A DNA stretch of 64,000 nt from Gonapodya sp. JEL0774 (lineage: Eukaryota): positions 62,001 to 126,000 of the forward strand of contig JADIIX010000049.1 in NCBI GenBank assembly GCA_027604505.1, in the 5' to 3' direction. Each line of letters starts with the position of its first letter. Position 1 is the first letter of the stretch. The position numbers and the translations under genes are program-made. The notes beneath the pieces are model-generated. The model was not told the origin of the DNA. It saw nothing but the letters and a program-made list of their open reading frames with translations, and ran no database searches. Shown piece by piece: positions 1-13,061 of this stretch.

Positions 1-3000
1 GGCTGGTAAATCCCTTTTCAAGTCGAGAACCTGGATCCACAGCAGCTCAATGTTGCAGTGTGGAGTGGAGACGTTGTTCTGAAAAACTTGAGATTGAAGA
101 GGGAGGCTTTGGATAAATTCCAGATACCGATCGATGTTGTTGAAGGTGTGTTTGGTGTTTTAAAGGAATTTGCTAATATTTTGCGCAAATTCTTTTTAAA
201 TTCGCAACAATCAGGCCATGTTGGGGAGCTTACCATGCAAATTCCGTGGTCAGATTTGAGGGGTTCTCCAGTTAAAATCCTGCTGAGGGAGGTGTCAGTC
301 CTTGCTGGACCGAAGGCGGAAGCGGACGTGAGTGGCGGCGATGCGAGAATCATTGTTGCGGCCGCGAATATATGAATGATGGCGTTCGGTTCAAAGTACG
401 ATCCTGCAGTGGAGGAAGAGCGCAATCAGACAACAAAGCAGCAAAGGTTGAAGGCAATGGAGGCCATCTCTGCCCCCAGTACTTTAGCTAGTGAGAGACT
501 ACGTTCCTCGGGAATAGCACTGACAAGACTGGTGCTAAAATTCTGTTTGGCGCTTTGGCTCAGCTGACACGCCGGAAACGCAGACATTCCTTACGCAACT
601 TACGACAAAGATCATCGATAACCTTCAGTTCACTTTCACGGACATCCACATTCGTTACGAGGACCGCTCAACTAATGTAAACCACGTGAGTTCCTTTGCT
701 GCGGTGAGGGTCTGGGAGGGAATAGATGAAGATGGTTTCGCATCATTTTCTCATTCTCGACACCCACACCCACCACTTGGAGCCTTTCGGATTTGGAGTC
801 ATGTTGAAGGAACTGACAGCTGTTTCCACGGACGAGAATGGCAAAGTGGCGTTTGTTCAGAAAGCTGAGATCATCCATAAGCTACTTAACTTAAAGTGCT
901 TGGCAATTTACTTCAACACTTCTTTGGGTGCTCCGGGGTTTGAGGATACAGGTCGAGAACAGCTTTTGGGCCTTGCCCCAGAAATTCTACGGTCAAAGCT
1001 CCGAGCATTGGTGAGAATCGAACGTCTCCACAAAGAAGTTTGTTCGTTTGTATGCCATAACCTCTGATCCAACAGATTGCATCACCGGAGATCGACACCA
1101 GCAACCAATATATACTGCGGCCTGTGTCTGGAGTCGGCCGAATGCACATCAAGAAGAACCAGTACAAACAAGATGGAAACACAAATGACGTTGATTTGGA
1201 TTTTGACGACTTTACTCTCGTACTGGACGATGAACAATACAGAAACGCATTTATGCTACTTGGAGCTTTCTCGGCGTACTCGAGATCACAAAAGTACCGA
1301 AGATTTCGACCACCACATGTCCACACCCCAAAAACGAATCCACTCGAGTGGTTGAGATACGCAGGCAACTCTGTTTTATCTGACATTCAGGACCGGAATA
1401 CCCGTTGGACCTGGAAACATATGGAAGAGCGCCGGCAAGATAGGCTAGCATATGTCAAACTCTGGAAGGAACATCAAAAAGAGCTCAGATCTCTCGTGAA
1501 TCGAAATCCTGGTGCGATTCCATCCGGCGAGCAGCAACTGGCACTCGCCGAGCTTGAAAGAAAGCTGTCGTTTGAGGATATTCGATTTTATCGGAGTATT
1601 GCCATGTTGGAACTCAATAAAGAAGGGAAAGGCATGTAAATCCACAGGCATATTTCTGTCTATTACCCTGAATATCCACGTGACTCTCACTTGTGTCCGC
1701 CTTCTCTAGAATCGAAAGTTGCAGGAGAAGACAACCTATCGCATCCAGAGTCGAAGGCAAAGGAGTCGCAGACCCCGGTATCATTACCATCTGCCACTTT
1801 GAATGTTGAAAGTCCTTCTACGGGGATTGGATTTGGTTGGATGTCATCTTGGTGGTCCGCAACCCCAGCCCCGAGTGCGGCCGCTCAGTCAACGGTAGAT
1901 AAGGTCATAAGTTTTCTTCCTTGTTGAACTGAAAATTAGCTTGTCTCAATATTTCCAGAGCGTCACTCCAGTTTCTACGAGTCCTCAGATTGCCAAGGAT
2001 GACTTGGAGAAGATTTTTGCGTCAATCGAGTATGACCCGTCAAAAGTCTTCGAAACAGCGGTTGTCCCCCGAGATTTCGAAAAATGGATTGTGCGCATGC
2101 AATTGAAGACAGGATCGCTTCGAATCAACACAGAACCTCACCAACAAACACCAAAGAATTTAACTTCCCTTACATTTGAAGGGTTCAAAACCGAGTTCTT
2201 GCAACGTCCAGATTCATGGCGTCTAACGTGGGACCTTGAAGGAATGTCGGTGTTTGATGGAGCTAGTTCTTCCTCGTTGTTCCCGATGTTTGTTCAGGCA
2301 AAGAGCTCGAAGGCTGAGGATGCAAACAATGATTCCGTATCCAAGGTGTCCTTTTTCCACGGGGAGTTCGAGCAGAACCCACTAGATGTGGATGCTGACG
2401 TGACTCTCAAACTGAAGGTTCTGCCTTTGGAGATTGTGTACTCTCCATATCTGGTGACTGCACTTATTGCCTTCTTCAAACCACCGGCCTCCGAGTACGA
2501 AGCTGCCGATTTGTTGCGCACGTATGCAGAAGATACGGTGCAGTCATTGGCGGTCTCTACTCGCGCTGGCCTCGAATACGCGGTTCTTCAACAGAAATCC
2601 ATGTTGATGGTTTTGGATTTGAAAGCACCTATCATCATTGTTCCAGAGAGGTAAGTTATTTTTCTTCACCAGCTGCAGCTGCTCTGAAATCTCAATTTGC
2701 TGTTGTGCCATTACAGCGTTACGGAGCAAGATACGACCGTTGTCGTCGTTGATATGGGCCACCTTTTGGTGGAATCGAAACCGGTTTCCTCCAGTGTGAA
2801 GGAGCTCGTTAAGCAGCGACAAGGGAAAATGCTTTCTGAGAGTGAATTTCAGGACTTGCAGCAGTTAATCTACGACAAATGGGTTTTGAAGCTCAGCAAC
2901 GTGCAGTTTTTGGTTGGACACACTGTCAAAAAGACTCTCGAACAGTTATCAACATCCACTTCAGACCCTAGCTGCAAATTTCATTTCATCGAGCGGATTG

Positions 3001-6000
3001 AGGCGCTCGTCGATGTCGACATCTGCCATTTTCAGGAAGTCGAGCTTCCCAAAGTTAAAGTCTCTGCGAGAATCCCCGACATACAGGTTAACTTCTCTGA
3101 TTTTAAGTACCAGCGATTGATGGTTTGTGTTCGTATTTTAATGATTCTATCGCTGTCTGAGTTCCGACTGTTACGTCTTAGTTTTCGCTGGATTATGTTC
3201 TTGCCCCTCTCATCGGCACATCCATGTCCAAGCAAACCCTTTCATCTTCTTCGATTGAATCACCGGGGTTTCGGGGGGACAGCGAATCATCTGCACCAGA
3301 AGTGGCTGCCAGGAGAAGCTCACCGAGTGACACTGCTCACAGTAAAGGGCCCGATACATCTCCAATTGCCAGTTTGCCAGTGCCAGTCACATCTTCCAGT
3401 GAAGGAGATCTGAGAAATTCTGGTATAGCTGTGATCGATGACCCACGGCATATCTTTTTCCAGCTTTGCATGGAGTTAAAGCGAGCGTCGATAGCTGTTA
3501 AGAAGTCAAATCGTCCCCACGAACCAGAGACCATGCTGGCAGATTTGACGATCACCGGACTGGGTCTCCAAGTGGATACGAGGAAATACGACTTGAGCGT
3601 CGCCCTACACGTACACGATGCCTACATATCAGACATGGTTCATACCTCGGAGCAACGAGACTATCTTATGGAACCGTTAAGCAAGCGAAATGCTGTGGAT
3701 GAACTGGACCCCTCAAGGAATCCACACTTGGTGGTTATTCGATACCTGTCCGTCAGCCCTATCCACCCGGAGTTCGGTACAAAATATGACTCTGTGAACC
3801 AAACAATCGACGTAGCAATGCAAACTGTTCTCATCAACCTCAACCCTGAGTCTGTACTTTCGTTGTATGACTTTGCAATGGTCACGTTCACTACTCCTTC
3901 TTCGTCGCTGACGTCTCACTCCGCGAGCACGAGCGTAGCGAGCAGTCATTCGAAAGGCGCATCCGTTGCTGAAGCACAGACGTCGAATCCTGTACAGTCT
4001 CCTGATTCGAAACTGTCTTTCAACCTGGACCTGAAAGGAGTGCGTGCTGTCATTCTGACCAAATCTTCGAGGCAACTTGCGACTGCGGATATCAAACGGT
4101 GCCAAATATCAGTTGCAACCGCTCAAAACTCCATTGTTGTGAAGGGTACCCTCGGTAATATTCTTCTCGAAGATAATATAGGATATCGGCCCCCTTTCCG
4201 GGAAATTATCAGCATTGCTGGTGACAGGATTGCCGACTTTGAGTTTCAAACGTTCAACAGAACCACGGTTGGGTATCCAGGTTATGATTCGTCACTGAAA
4301 CTAAGTGGTGACTCGATCAAATTCACGTGAGTAGTGTTACAAGAATCCTTTGCGCTTCCTCGGCATCGACATCATACGCTTTTGTTCGAAAAGTTATCTG
4401 GAGCAGTCCGTCGCAAGTATCATTGAATGGATTAGCGAATTCGAAAGGATGCGTCAGGTGTATGAATCCGCACGCAAGTACGCACTGTGAGGCTTGGAAG
4501 TGTTTGTATCATGATGTCAACCAACACTCGTGTTCTTGTTTTAACGTCAGGGCCGCGATCGATTCTGCTGTTCAAATCCAACAGTCAGCAGGACTGTTCC
4601 ACTTTGACGTTCACTTCAAGAGTCCAGTTGTTGTTCTTCCCCGCCCAAACAAGCAATCTTTCGACTTTTTGGAAGCCCATCTCGGCGAAATATCGGCAAG
4701 GAATGAGTTCCAACACATGACTTCAAACGGGATCGTGTTGGCAACTCGTAATTCGATAAAGGTTGATTTGCAGTCGATCGCTTTGGAATCTTCTGCTCTC
4801 GATTCTACCGGTGGTGTTCTATCTACAAGCTTCCCCATTCTGAAGGACTTGGATATTGGTCTTGCTGTTAATCTCACGAGTGGTGAAAACCCGCCACCTT
4901 CTCCAGTTGTCGAGGTTCGTTGTTTTGAGGATAAATGCTCCCGACATTCGTTGTGTTGGAACATTGCTTTTTGGTGGATACCAGGTTCAGGCATCACTTT
5001 CTCCTATCAGATTGCTTGTCAATGAACGCCAATATGCCATGATGCTGGAATCATTTGTGTTTCTTACCTCATCGTCATCGGAAGGCACTGCCACCGGGAC
5101 TTCGACTGTCGAATCGAAAGTCGTCGCTGGCTCTCAGTCTTCAGACATAAGTTTATCACTGCGTCTAGATTTTGTAAGCATCGTTCTTGAGCTTTTTGAT
5201 GGTGATGGAATCGGTATGATTCCACAACTGGGACAATCATTGGCTCGCGCAACTGTAAACGGTCCGTATTATCGCTTTCCAGTTCTGCGAGCCGTACAGA
5301 ATTACTGATATTTTTGCTGGCTTCTGGCCTGTCATGTCGTACAAACCTTCACCACTACTTCGTTCTCAGACTTTTCTGTAAAAGTTAGTGCCCGCAAGAA
5401 CTCCACTCTAGAGACTGGTATGGAATCAGTAGTTTTGACCTCTGTTCGATCTTTAACCGCGTGGTGTCTTATATTCTTATGTTTAGAGGTCCGATTGGGA
5501 ACTATTTCGGTCTTTGATACCCGTACTGGTTTTGAAAGTCACTATCGTGATGTATTATTGCCTGGTTCTGGCCACCAGCAGGTGTTGGTTGATTATTCTA
5601 TGGCTGAAACCGGTCATGCTACAATTGTTGTTACTGTTGACTCTCCAAAAGCGATTCTCCCTATGAAGCTCGTCTTCGGAATTGTGGATTGGGTGATGCA
5701 CCCGAAACATTACATTCCTCCTCGAGAAATTACCCAGAAAGATGATATGCCTTCGCTCGCCAGTCTGGACATGGAATCTCAGGGTCGCTTCTCATTTAGA
5801 ATCAAATTTGTGGATGCGGATATTGCTATACTGGACGACCCGTCAAAACTTGAGACTGAAGCTGTGTACCTTGAGGCGAAGCAAGTTGTCGTTACATTCG
5901 AAGACGCACTTAGATGCAATATTAAGGAAGGCGCGATCTGGATTTGTGCCATGGATCGGCGGGCAGATACCGCACTGAGGTTGTTCTACAATTGTGAGTC

Positions 6001-9000
6001 CACTGAGCTGTTTGAGGAGGTGGCCTTTCCTCACGCCACATCCTCTTTCAGTCGATTTGTCCGCAATGTTTGACAAGCGGATTACCGGCCCTGGTTTGTT
6101 TCGTGCTGATGCCATCGCTGCCGATGTGTTTTGACGAATTGTATTTGTCATCCAGGTCATCATTTGACCAACATCGTTGTCGATGTGCCGAAGCAATTGA
6201 ATGTGCGACTATCGTACAATGATATACAGCTGTTCCGGCGCCTTATTAATAAGCTGACAAAAATGTTTGAGAGCACGTCTATGGCACTCGAAGCTTCCAA
6301 GAATCCCACTCCAAAGATCCCGGAAGCAAACAATGCGGCCAGGTCTGGGCCACTTCTTGAACAGTCTCGTTCAGGCTCAGCGGAGATTATCGACTATCTG
6401 TCTGCAGAAATTACACGACATGAATCTGTAAGTCATCTTCGGGAGAACACCACTGCACTTATCTTTCCCACGATAGTGACCCTTGATGTTGGTAGCTTCG
6501 ATTCTGTGTGGCAGGTATTCAATTCATCTTGATAGATGATATGAAGGAACCGGTATTCCAGATGCTCGACGTAAGTTGCACATGGTGCCTGTAAACACTG
6601 CGGATTCAATGATTTCCGTGCTTAGATACACATTGGCAAACTTGAACTTCTTGCGACAAATTGGTCGAACTTGTTGGACATGAACCTGTTTCTCGATGCC
6701 TCAGTATGTTCGAATATATGTTGTTTAAGGAACCGTTAGTGATCAAGCAAATGACACTGCCAATCGGTCAGGTTAATTACTACAATCTGAAAGTGTCACA
6801 GTGGGAACCACTGCTTGAGCCTGTTGTTTTCAATGCTACTATTGCGAGGGCCGGCCCCGATCAGGAACTAACGGTCGATCTATCACCAAAAGGGAAAGTG
6901 GAAATCAATTTAACGCACCAATTGGCGCAGAGTTGTCTGGATGCTTTCAACTCCGTCGGAAACGTGAAAGAGGTGTTTACGGGTGATAATTTGACTGCAT
7001 GTCGAGTACTCATTTAATTGCATGACACATTTCCCAGAGGAACTTGGCGACTCGCAAAGCCGGATTGGCTCCTTACCTTTTGCGTAACCGGACAGGATAT
7101 GAGCTAATCGTCACGTCGGAGAACGGAGCACAGCAAACCCTCGAAAATGATTCAGACACGATGTACAAAACTCAAGATTGGAAGAAGATGCGAGAAGTAT
7201 GGAAGCACTTTCAGCTACACGAGCTTACCAGGCCCTCAACGTACTCTTGGCGTATTGTATCAGGGTCAGACCGCGTCTAACAGGCTTTCACTTGAAATCA
7301 GGCGGCAATTTGATTCGAACAATCCTTGGTACAAGATCGCGGTACGTGAGACTTCGTTGGCAAGCAAAGATCAATCGTTGAGTACCCTCACCGCCACAAT
7401 GATCAGGGTATCAATATTGAAAGTGAAGGCGTAAAAACTTTTATTTTGCGACCTCCCATTAACGGGGCTTTCCATCGCCTCGTCGTTGACATCCGGCTCC
7501 GCGATAAGATAAAATTCGTCACTTTCCGCTCGACTTTGCTCGTCAAAAATGAGTGTCTCGATCCTGTCGAAGTAAAATTAATAGCGTCTGGGCTTCAGAG
7601 TCAAGCGTCTGGAGAGTATCGTATTGGTCGGTTTCAGAGAGTTCAACTCTGGAGCGTCTCCCAAATCTTAAACACCTCTTCTTTAAAGGACCTGGAGATG
7701 AGTGGGCTGTCCCAATCGAAGCTGCATATCACGACAAACTTCAAATCAAGCCTTTGGGTAAGGTAATTTCCGGTGTTAGAAACGTTACATTGGATTTTGA
7801 TATTTGTGCGTGGACAGGTCGTTATGGTTACGCCCCGGAGGAACTCATCGACTGGAAGAAAATTCGGAAGCCTGGCCGCTTCATGGACATCTCCTGTCCG
7901 CCTTTAGCTCCCAACCTGTCTTGGGAGAACTTTTCTCTGTTTACGGATGTCACCCCAGATTCCAAAGCTGTGGAACAATATCCAGACATGACGATTAGCA
8001 TTTTTCCACCTTTGGAGATCGAGAATCTTCTTCCATTTGACTTCCGTTACGTCATTGTCAATCGATCTCAGAAAGATCAAAGGATCGCAAGTGTGAGTAA
8101 TGAGGTGAATTTAGTTTCGGGCTTCAGTTCGCTGAAGCATGAATATTAGTCCTTGCGGGCCGGACAAGTTGGCCCAATTCATGGTGTGCTCCCCACGGAT
8201 ATTATTGTACTTGACCTCGACATTCCAGAGATAGGTTAGTGAAATGGTTTGTGAGGAAGCTCGGCCCTAGTAAATGGAATCACCCTCTCATAAACGCATC
8301 ACCAGGATATCAGGCCACTGACGTTGCAATTCTGAGCAACGTTGAGATTGGATATCAGGACGATAAAATCGAGCTTCGGAATGCCAATAAACACGCGGTT
8401 CTGTTGCGTCTCAAGTATATTGAGTCACCTGCAAGAACCACTCGTGTCCAGTTATACTGCCCTTATTGGATCCTCAACAAGACGAACTTGGACGTTTCAG
8501 TGTCTGCCAAATCCGTTTTGAGCAGTTCATACATCGCTTCTCAACGTAAGTTTGTCTCTGGTCCTTGGAAACTTGCTACTCCCCAGAAAGCTCTCACATC
8601 ATGATCGAATGTCGAAGGTGCTGTCAACCGAAATTCTTTGCTTACTGCTGTTAAGCCCTTCCTCTTCTCTTTTCCATCCCGCGAGCTGAGAAACCGAGCA
8701 GTTCTGACTATTGGGAGTTCAGCACCGAGCCGCCCTATCACGTGGGTTTCCTGTTTCGGCATTGAAACTTATAGGTAGTATTTTCACACCAATGACACAA
8801 TTTATGAACAGACTTGATGCTGTCGGGGGTTCCTACGAGGAAGTGAGTCATTTCGATTCCGTTAGAATTCATTACAAGGCCCGACTTCTTTGGCGCTTGC
8901 TAGTTGCTGCCTTCTTCAGAGGGAAGAGTTTATCACACTGCTGTCAACATCACCGAAGGCGAAGGCAAGTATCATTTGACAAAAGTGGTTACTATCGCGC

Positions 9001-12000
9001 CTCGCTTCATCATTAAGGTGGGTACAGAGAATGAAGTATCTGTCGTCGGAATCCTAAGCAATCATTTTCATATAAACAGAATGATCTCGATGATGATTTG
9101 TGCTTCAAGCAGTATGGCGCATCCAACGGGATCGAAGATCGGTTTCCGAAAAAGAGTGTTTGCCCATTAATGCTTTTGTGAGTTAGTGATGGTGAGCCTG
9201 TCAAAATCAATTGGCATTCCAGCATGCGTCTGTTTGGCTCAATTAGAGAACAATCGGATGACGTCCTTTTGAGAGTCCACCTTTCCGGCCTCCTGAATGA
9301 ATGGTCCACCCCTTTTCGGTTGACGGATGTGGGTCGAATCTACTTGAAGTTGGGCAAAATGGGTTCTGCGGAAGAGGAACTCCTTCGAGTGACCACAAAA
9401 GTGGAATCAGCGATAATATTTGTGCATTTCAGGTGGGTTGCGCCATTTTAGGTTTCTGTCGTGTCACTGAAGGCCATTGAGGAACTGCTACCAGTCGCGA
9501 GGAACGATGGCCCTACCGTATTGATAATAACACGGACATTGACTTCTATGTTTTCCAGAAGGTACGGCTGCTCTCTTCTTGTCTAAATTGGAGGTTCAGC
9601 TCGCGTAATTGTAGCAAATTCACCCAAATTACGACAAGGATAATTCTAAACGAAAGTATCCATTATCGCGAAAGAGCTACCTCAACTATGCTTGGGATGA
9701 TTTGTTACTGCCGAAGTCACTTGTCGTGGCATTTCAAAACATCGAGCGAAAAGTCAGCTTGCAGGAAATAGGACCTGCCCTGTGAGCCATTGGAAGGATT
9801 GATTTGCAAGGATGTATTCTGATCAATATTTTTGCTTCAAGTCCCATGCGGATTAAGACATCCTCAGGAGAGAGGCTTATAGATGTTGAGGTCAAGTCTG
9901 ACGGTCTACAAATCGTACTAGCTCTCTCCAACTATGACCCTGCCAAGTCGAGATTCCGGGAGTCGAAGAAAAGATCGTCTTTTGAGAGTGCGCGCCGATC
10001 ATCTTTTGAGACCGTGCGGCGATCTACAGAAAGTGATCGTTCTGGAAGTGGTAATTCTTACGACGTTTCGCGGAAATCAAAGGAACTTAAGCCGAGTACA
10101 ACTAAACTCGATGATCTGGAGCGTATTCGAAGGCCTTCGCCGAGCTTAGGTGCAGATGAACGAGAAGGCTTCGAAGTGGTGAGTTCGTCACGCTATTTAT
10201 CACAGAAATATGATCCCTGACCCATCTATTTGGACAGGTGGGGTTGAATCAAAAGGACTTAATATCGGTGCACATTGGCTTCGAACGACTCGGACTGTCG
10301 ATTGTTGGTTCTGATGGACAGGTAGCATATCCGAAAGACGATCTCTGTTAACTTCGTTTACCTTCTTGTAACTGTCGACGATGTCTTCTGCTGCACTTCC
10401 TGGTATCTTTCCTTTTGTTAACTTACAGGAGCTTCTCTATGCGTCCTTGGAAGGAGTTACTATCGAGTATCGCGAAACGAACCTGACATGGCTGTCTACT
10501 TTAGTCATTAAGTGGTTACAGGTGAGTCCTCCACAAACCTTTGGGTATTCTTTTCTGATTTGTACACATTGGAAGCTGGACAATCAAATGGCAAATGCGA
10601 GGGAGCCCATCATTTTGTATCCGACTGTGGTTCCAAAGGAGCAAGCGGGGTCAACCCCGCTACCCGTTATTCAAGGCGCTTTCGTCGTACTAAAAGACCA
10701 GGAAAATCATTGTGAGTGGTTATTGATCATAAAGTTTCCAGCCCGATTTTTCTGCACCCTTAAGGATGTTGCGTGATTTAGCGTATGGTCTGCCATATGT
10801 AAAGAGCTCTGATTTTCTGATCCAAGAACTGAGTGTGGAGCTGGATGAAGATGTCTTGGTGGCACTCATTGAAATGACAAAGTTTCAGTCAGAAACAGAG
10901 AGCTCTGAGTGAGTACGAACATCAGCCAATGGTGCATGCGATTTTACTCAGACGGTGGTGCAGGCACCCCTATGACCCGAACCTACTCCTTCCACAATTC
11001 CCCAAAGAATATGAGCATCAAATGTGAGTTTTTCCACCTGAGATTTAAATAGCAGAGTTCTATCTTATTGGGATTGTTCTACAAGATACTTTGAAAGCTT
11101 CCGACTTCAACCAATGAGGTTGAATTTGACCTTCACCCGGACGGAACACGTGCAGAGAGAAGACGATGTTGCACGGTGAGGTTTGCTGCTCCTTCGTGTC
11201 CTTGACAAAGAGTTCTGGAATGTTTAGTATCTTCGAGTCTCCTTGCAGACGTCCCAAAACACTTGCGTCCTTTTTCTTGGATGTGCTCACCACAACGATT
11301 GGGAATGTACATGACGCGAGATTGGACTTTGGAGTGAGTGCGCAAATCTTTGCAAGGAAAAATCGATCGTATGTTCATGTCTGCGTGCGAGTAGATGCTC
11401 TACGTCGAAAATATGATCGTGGACGTCAACGAACTTGGTGACAAGCTGGCCCAGCGATATTACTCTGAGGTCATGTCTCAGGTGAGCATTCGGATGCCTC
11501 TTCCACCCTAGTTGAAATTAACGACACAAGATGAATCCAAAAGATTCACCGAGTGATTGGATCTGCCGATGTTCTGGGCAACCCAGTTGGATTGTTCACC
11601 AACATCAGCTCAGGTGTCCAGGACTTTTTCTATGAGCCTATCGCCGGAATTGTAGATGTCAATCCTGAAAGTGTTGTTAGGGGATTTCAATTGGGCACTT
11701 CCAGTAAGATCTAGATGGATTTTCTGCCTTCTGCTTCATTTCTGTTGATTGCACAACACACCGAAAGAGTTGCTCAACAAGACTGCTTTCAGTGTCAGTG
11801 ATACCTTCCAGAAAATATCAGGTTCCCTGGGGAAAGGGCTTGCGGTTGCGTCCATGGATGACGAGGTGAGCAATCTAATTTGAACTGGCTTTAGAGGAGT
11901 TAACTCAATATGTACAAATCGGACAGTATCAACGGCAGCGTCGAATGGCGTCCCTACGGAAGAACCGGCCAAAAGATCCCCTTAGTGGTATCACGAGTGG

Positions 12001-12965
12001 AGTCATGTCTTTTGGACAGAGTTTGACCAGCGCAGTAACGGGCGTTGTCACCCAGCCAATGAAGGGCGCCTCGAAAGGTGTTGAAGGACTTGCAAAGGGA
12101 TTGATGATGGGAACTCTAGGGTGAGCGTTTGCAGTTGCTCAGTGCTGTTGTTGCAACTTTTACCATTGGCGAGTTGCCCCTATTGTCGATACTGCCGATA
12201 CTAGATTGGTGACCAAACCTGTCGCTGGAATATTTGATTTGGCGTCAAATGTTACGGATGGCATCAGGGCTTCCACCCAAGCAACCAATGGAGCTGGAGA
12301 GAATCAGTTGGATCGCATACGTTTACCCCGATACACCGGCAAGGATGGTATACTGCGGGTACGTGGATGAATTCTGGGAAATCGGAGATTGTCTCTCAAG
12401 AATCGTTTGGAGCAGACATTCGATGAGATTAAAGCACGTGGACAGTGGATTCTGCGGTTGATCCAAAACGAGGACGATGCACCCGAGTTCTACACCTTCC
12501 ATTGCGAATTGTCTGATTCACCCATTCCGGAGCAGTGGGGAAGCGGCGTAACCCATATGTTCGCTCTTGTGACTGATCGCAGAATTTTGCGAATTCGCGT
12601 TTCATTTGGCGCTTCCACGGCTTCCCAAGAGTGGGCGGTAGAATTCGATGGTGTGTTCGTTGAAACTCTGCATGTGCCATCAGCCGATATTCAAACTTTT
12701 TGCGGCAGACCTTTTCCTGGCTCCGAGAATAGACAATTCAAGTACGGTAGTTGTCACAGAACGGCATGGCGCAGCAAAGGCCCGCGAACGAGCTCTTAAT
12801 GTGAAGAACGAATTCTCCGCCAGGGTATGTGCGCCCACAACTTGTCGTGGGATGTTGCTCTGAATGAAGATCTTACTTTTCACTGTTTCTTTTTACTGTT
12901 GTGACCCTCAGGCGCTCCACGAAGCTATTTCTAACTCATATCAGGCTTGGGCTACTGAACATTAA
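1..12965 (+). CDS. VPS13: Vacuolar protein sorting 13 (bridge-like lipid transfer protein), multi-exon, 5' end outside the window
   Basis: Chorein-N motifs ([40 protein letters not shown]), [100 protein letters not shown]. Joined by many GT-AG introns. Inferred stop TAA at 12963-12965. Confidence 0.97.
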
Positions 12966-13061
12966 TATTATATACCATGACATTCATCTGTGATGTAAAA
13001 GATACCCCATGAATGCGCCGCGAGCAATTAAGCAACCCAATTATCCACCGGTTGACTCACT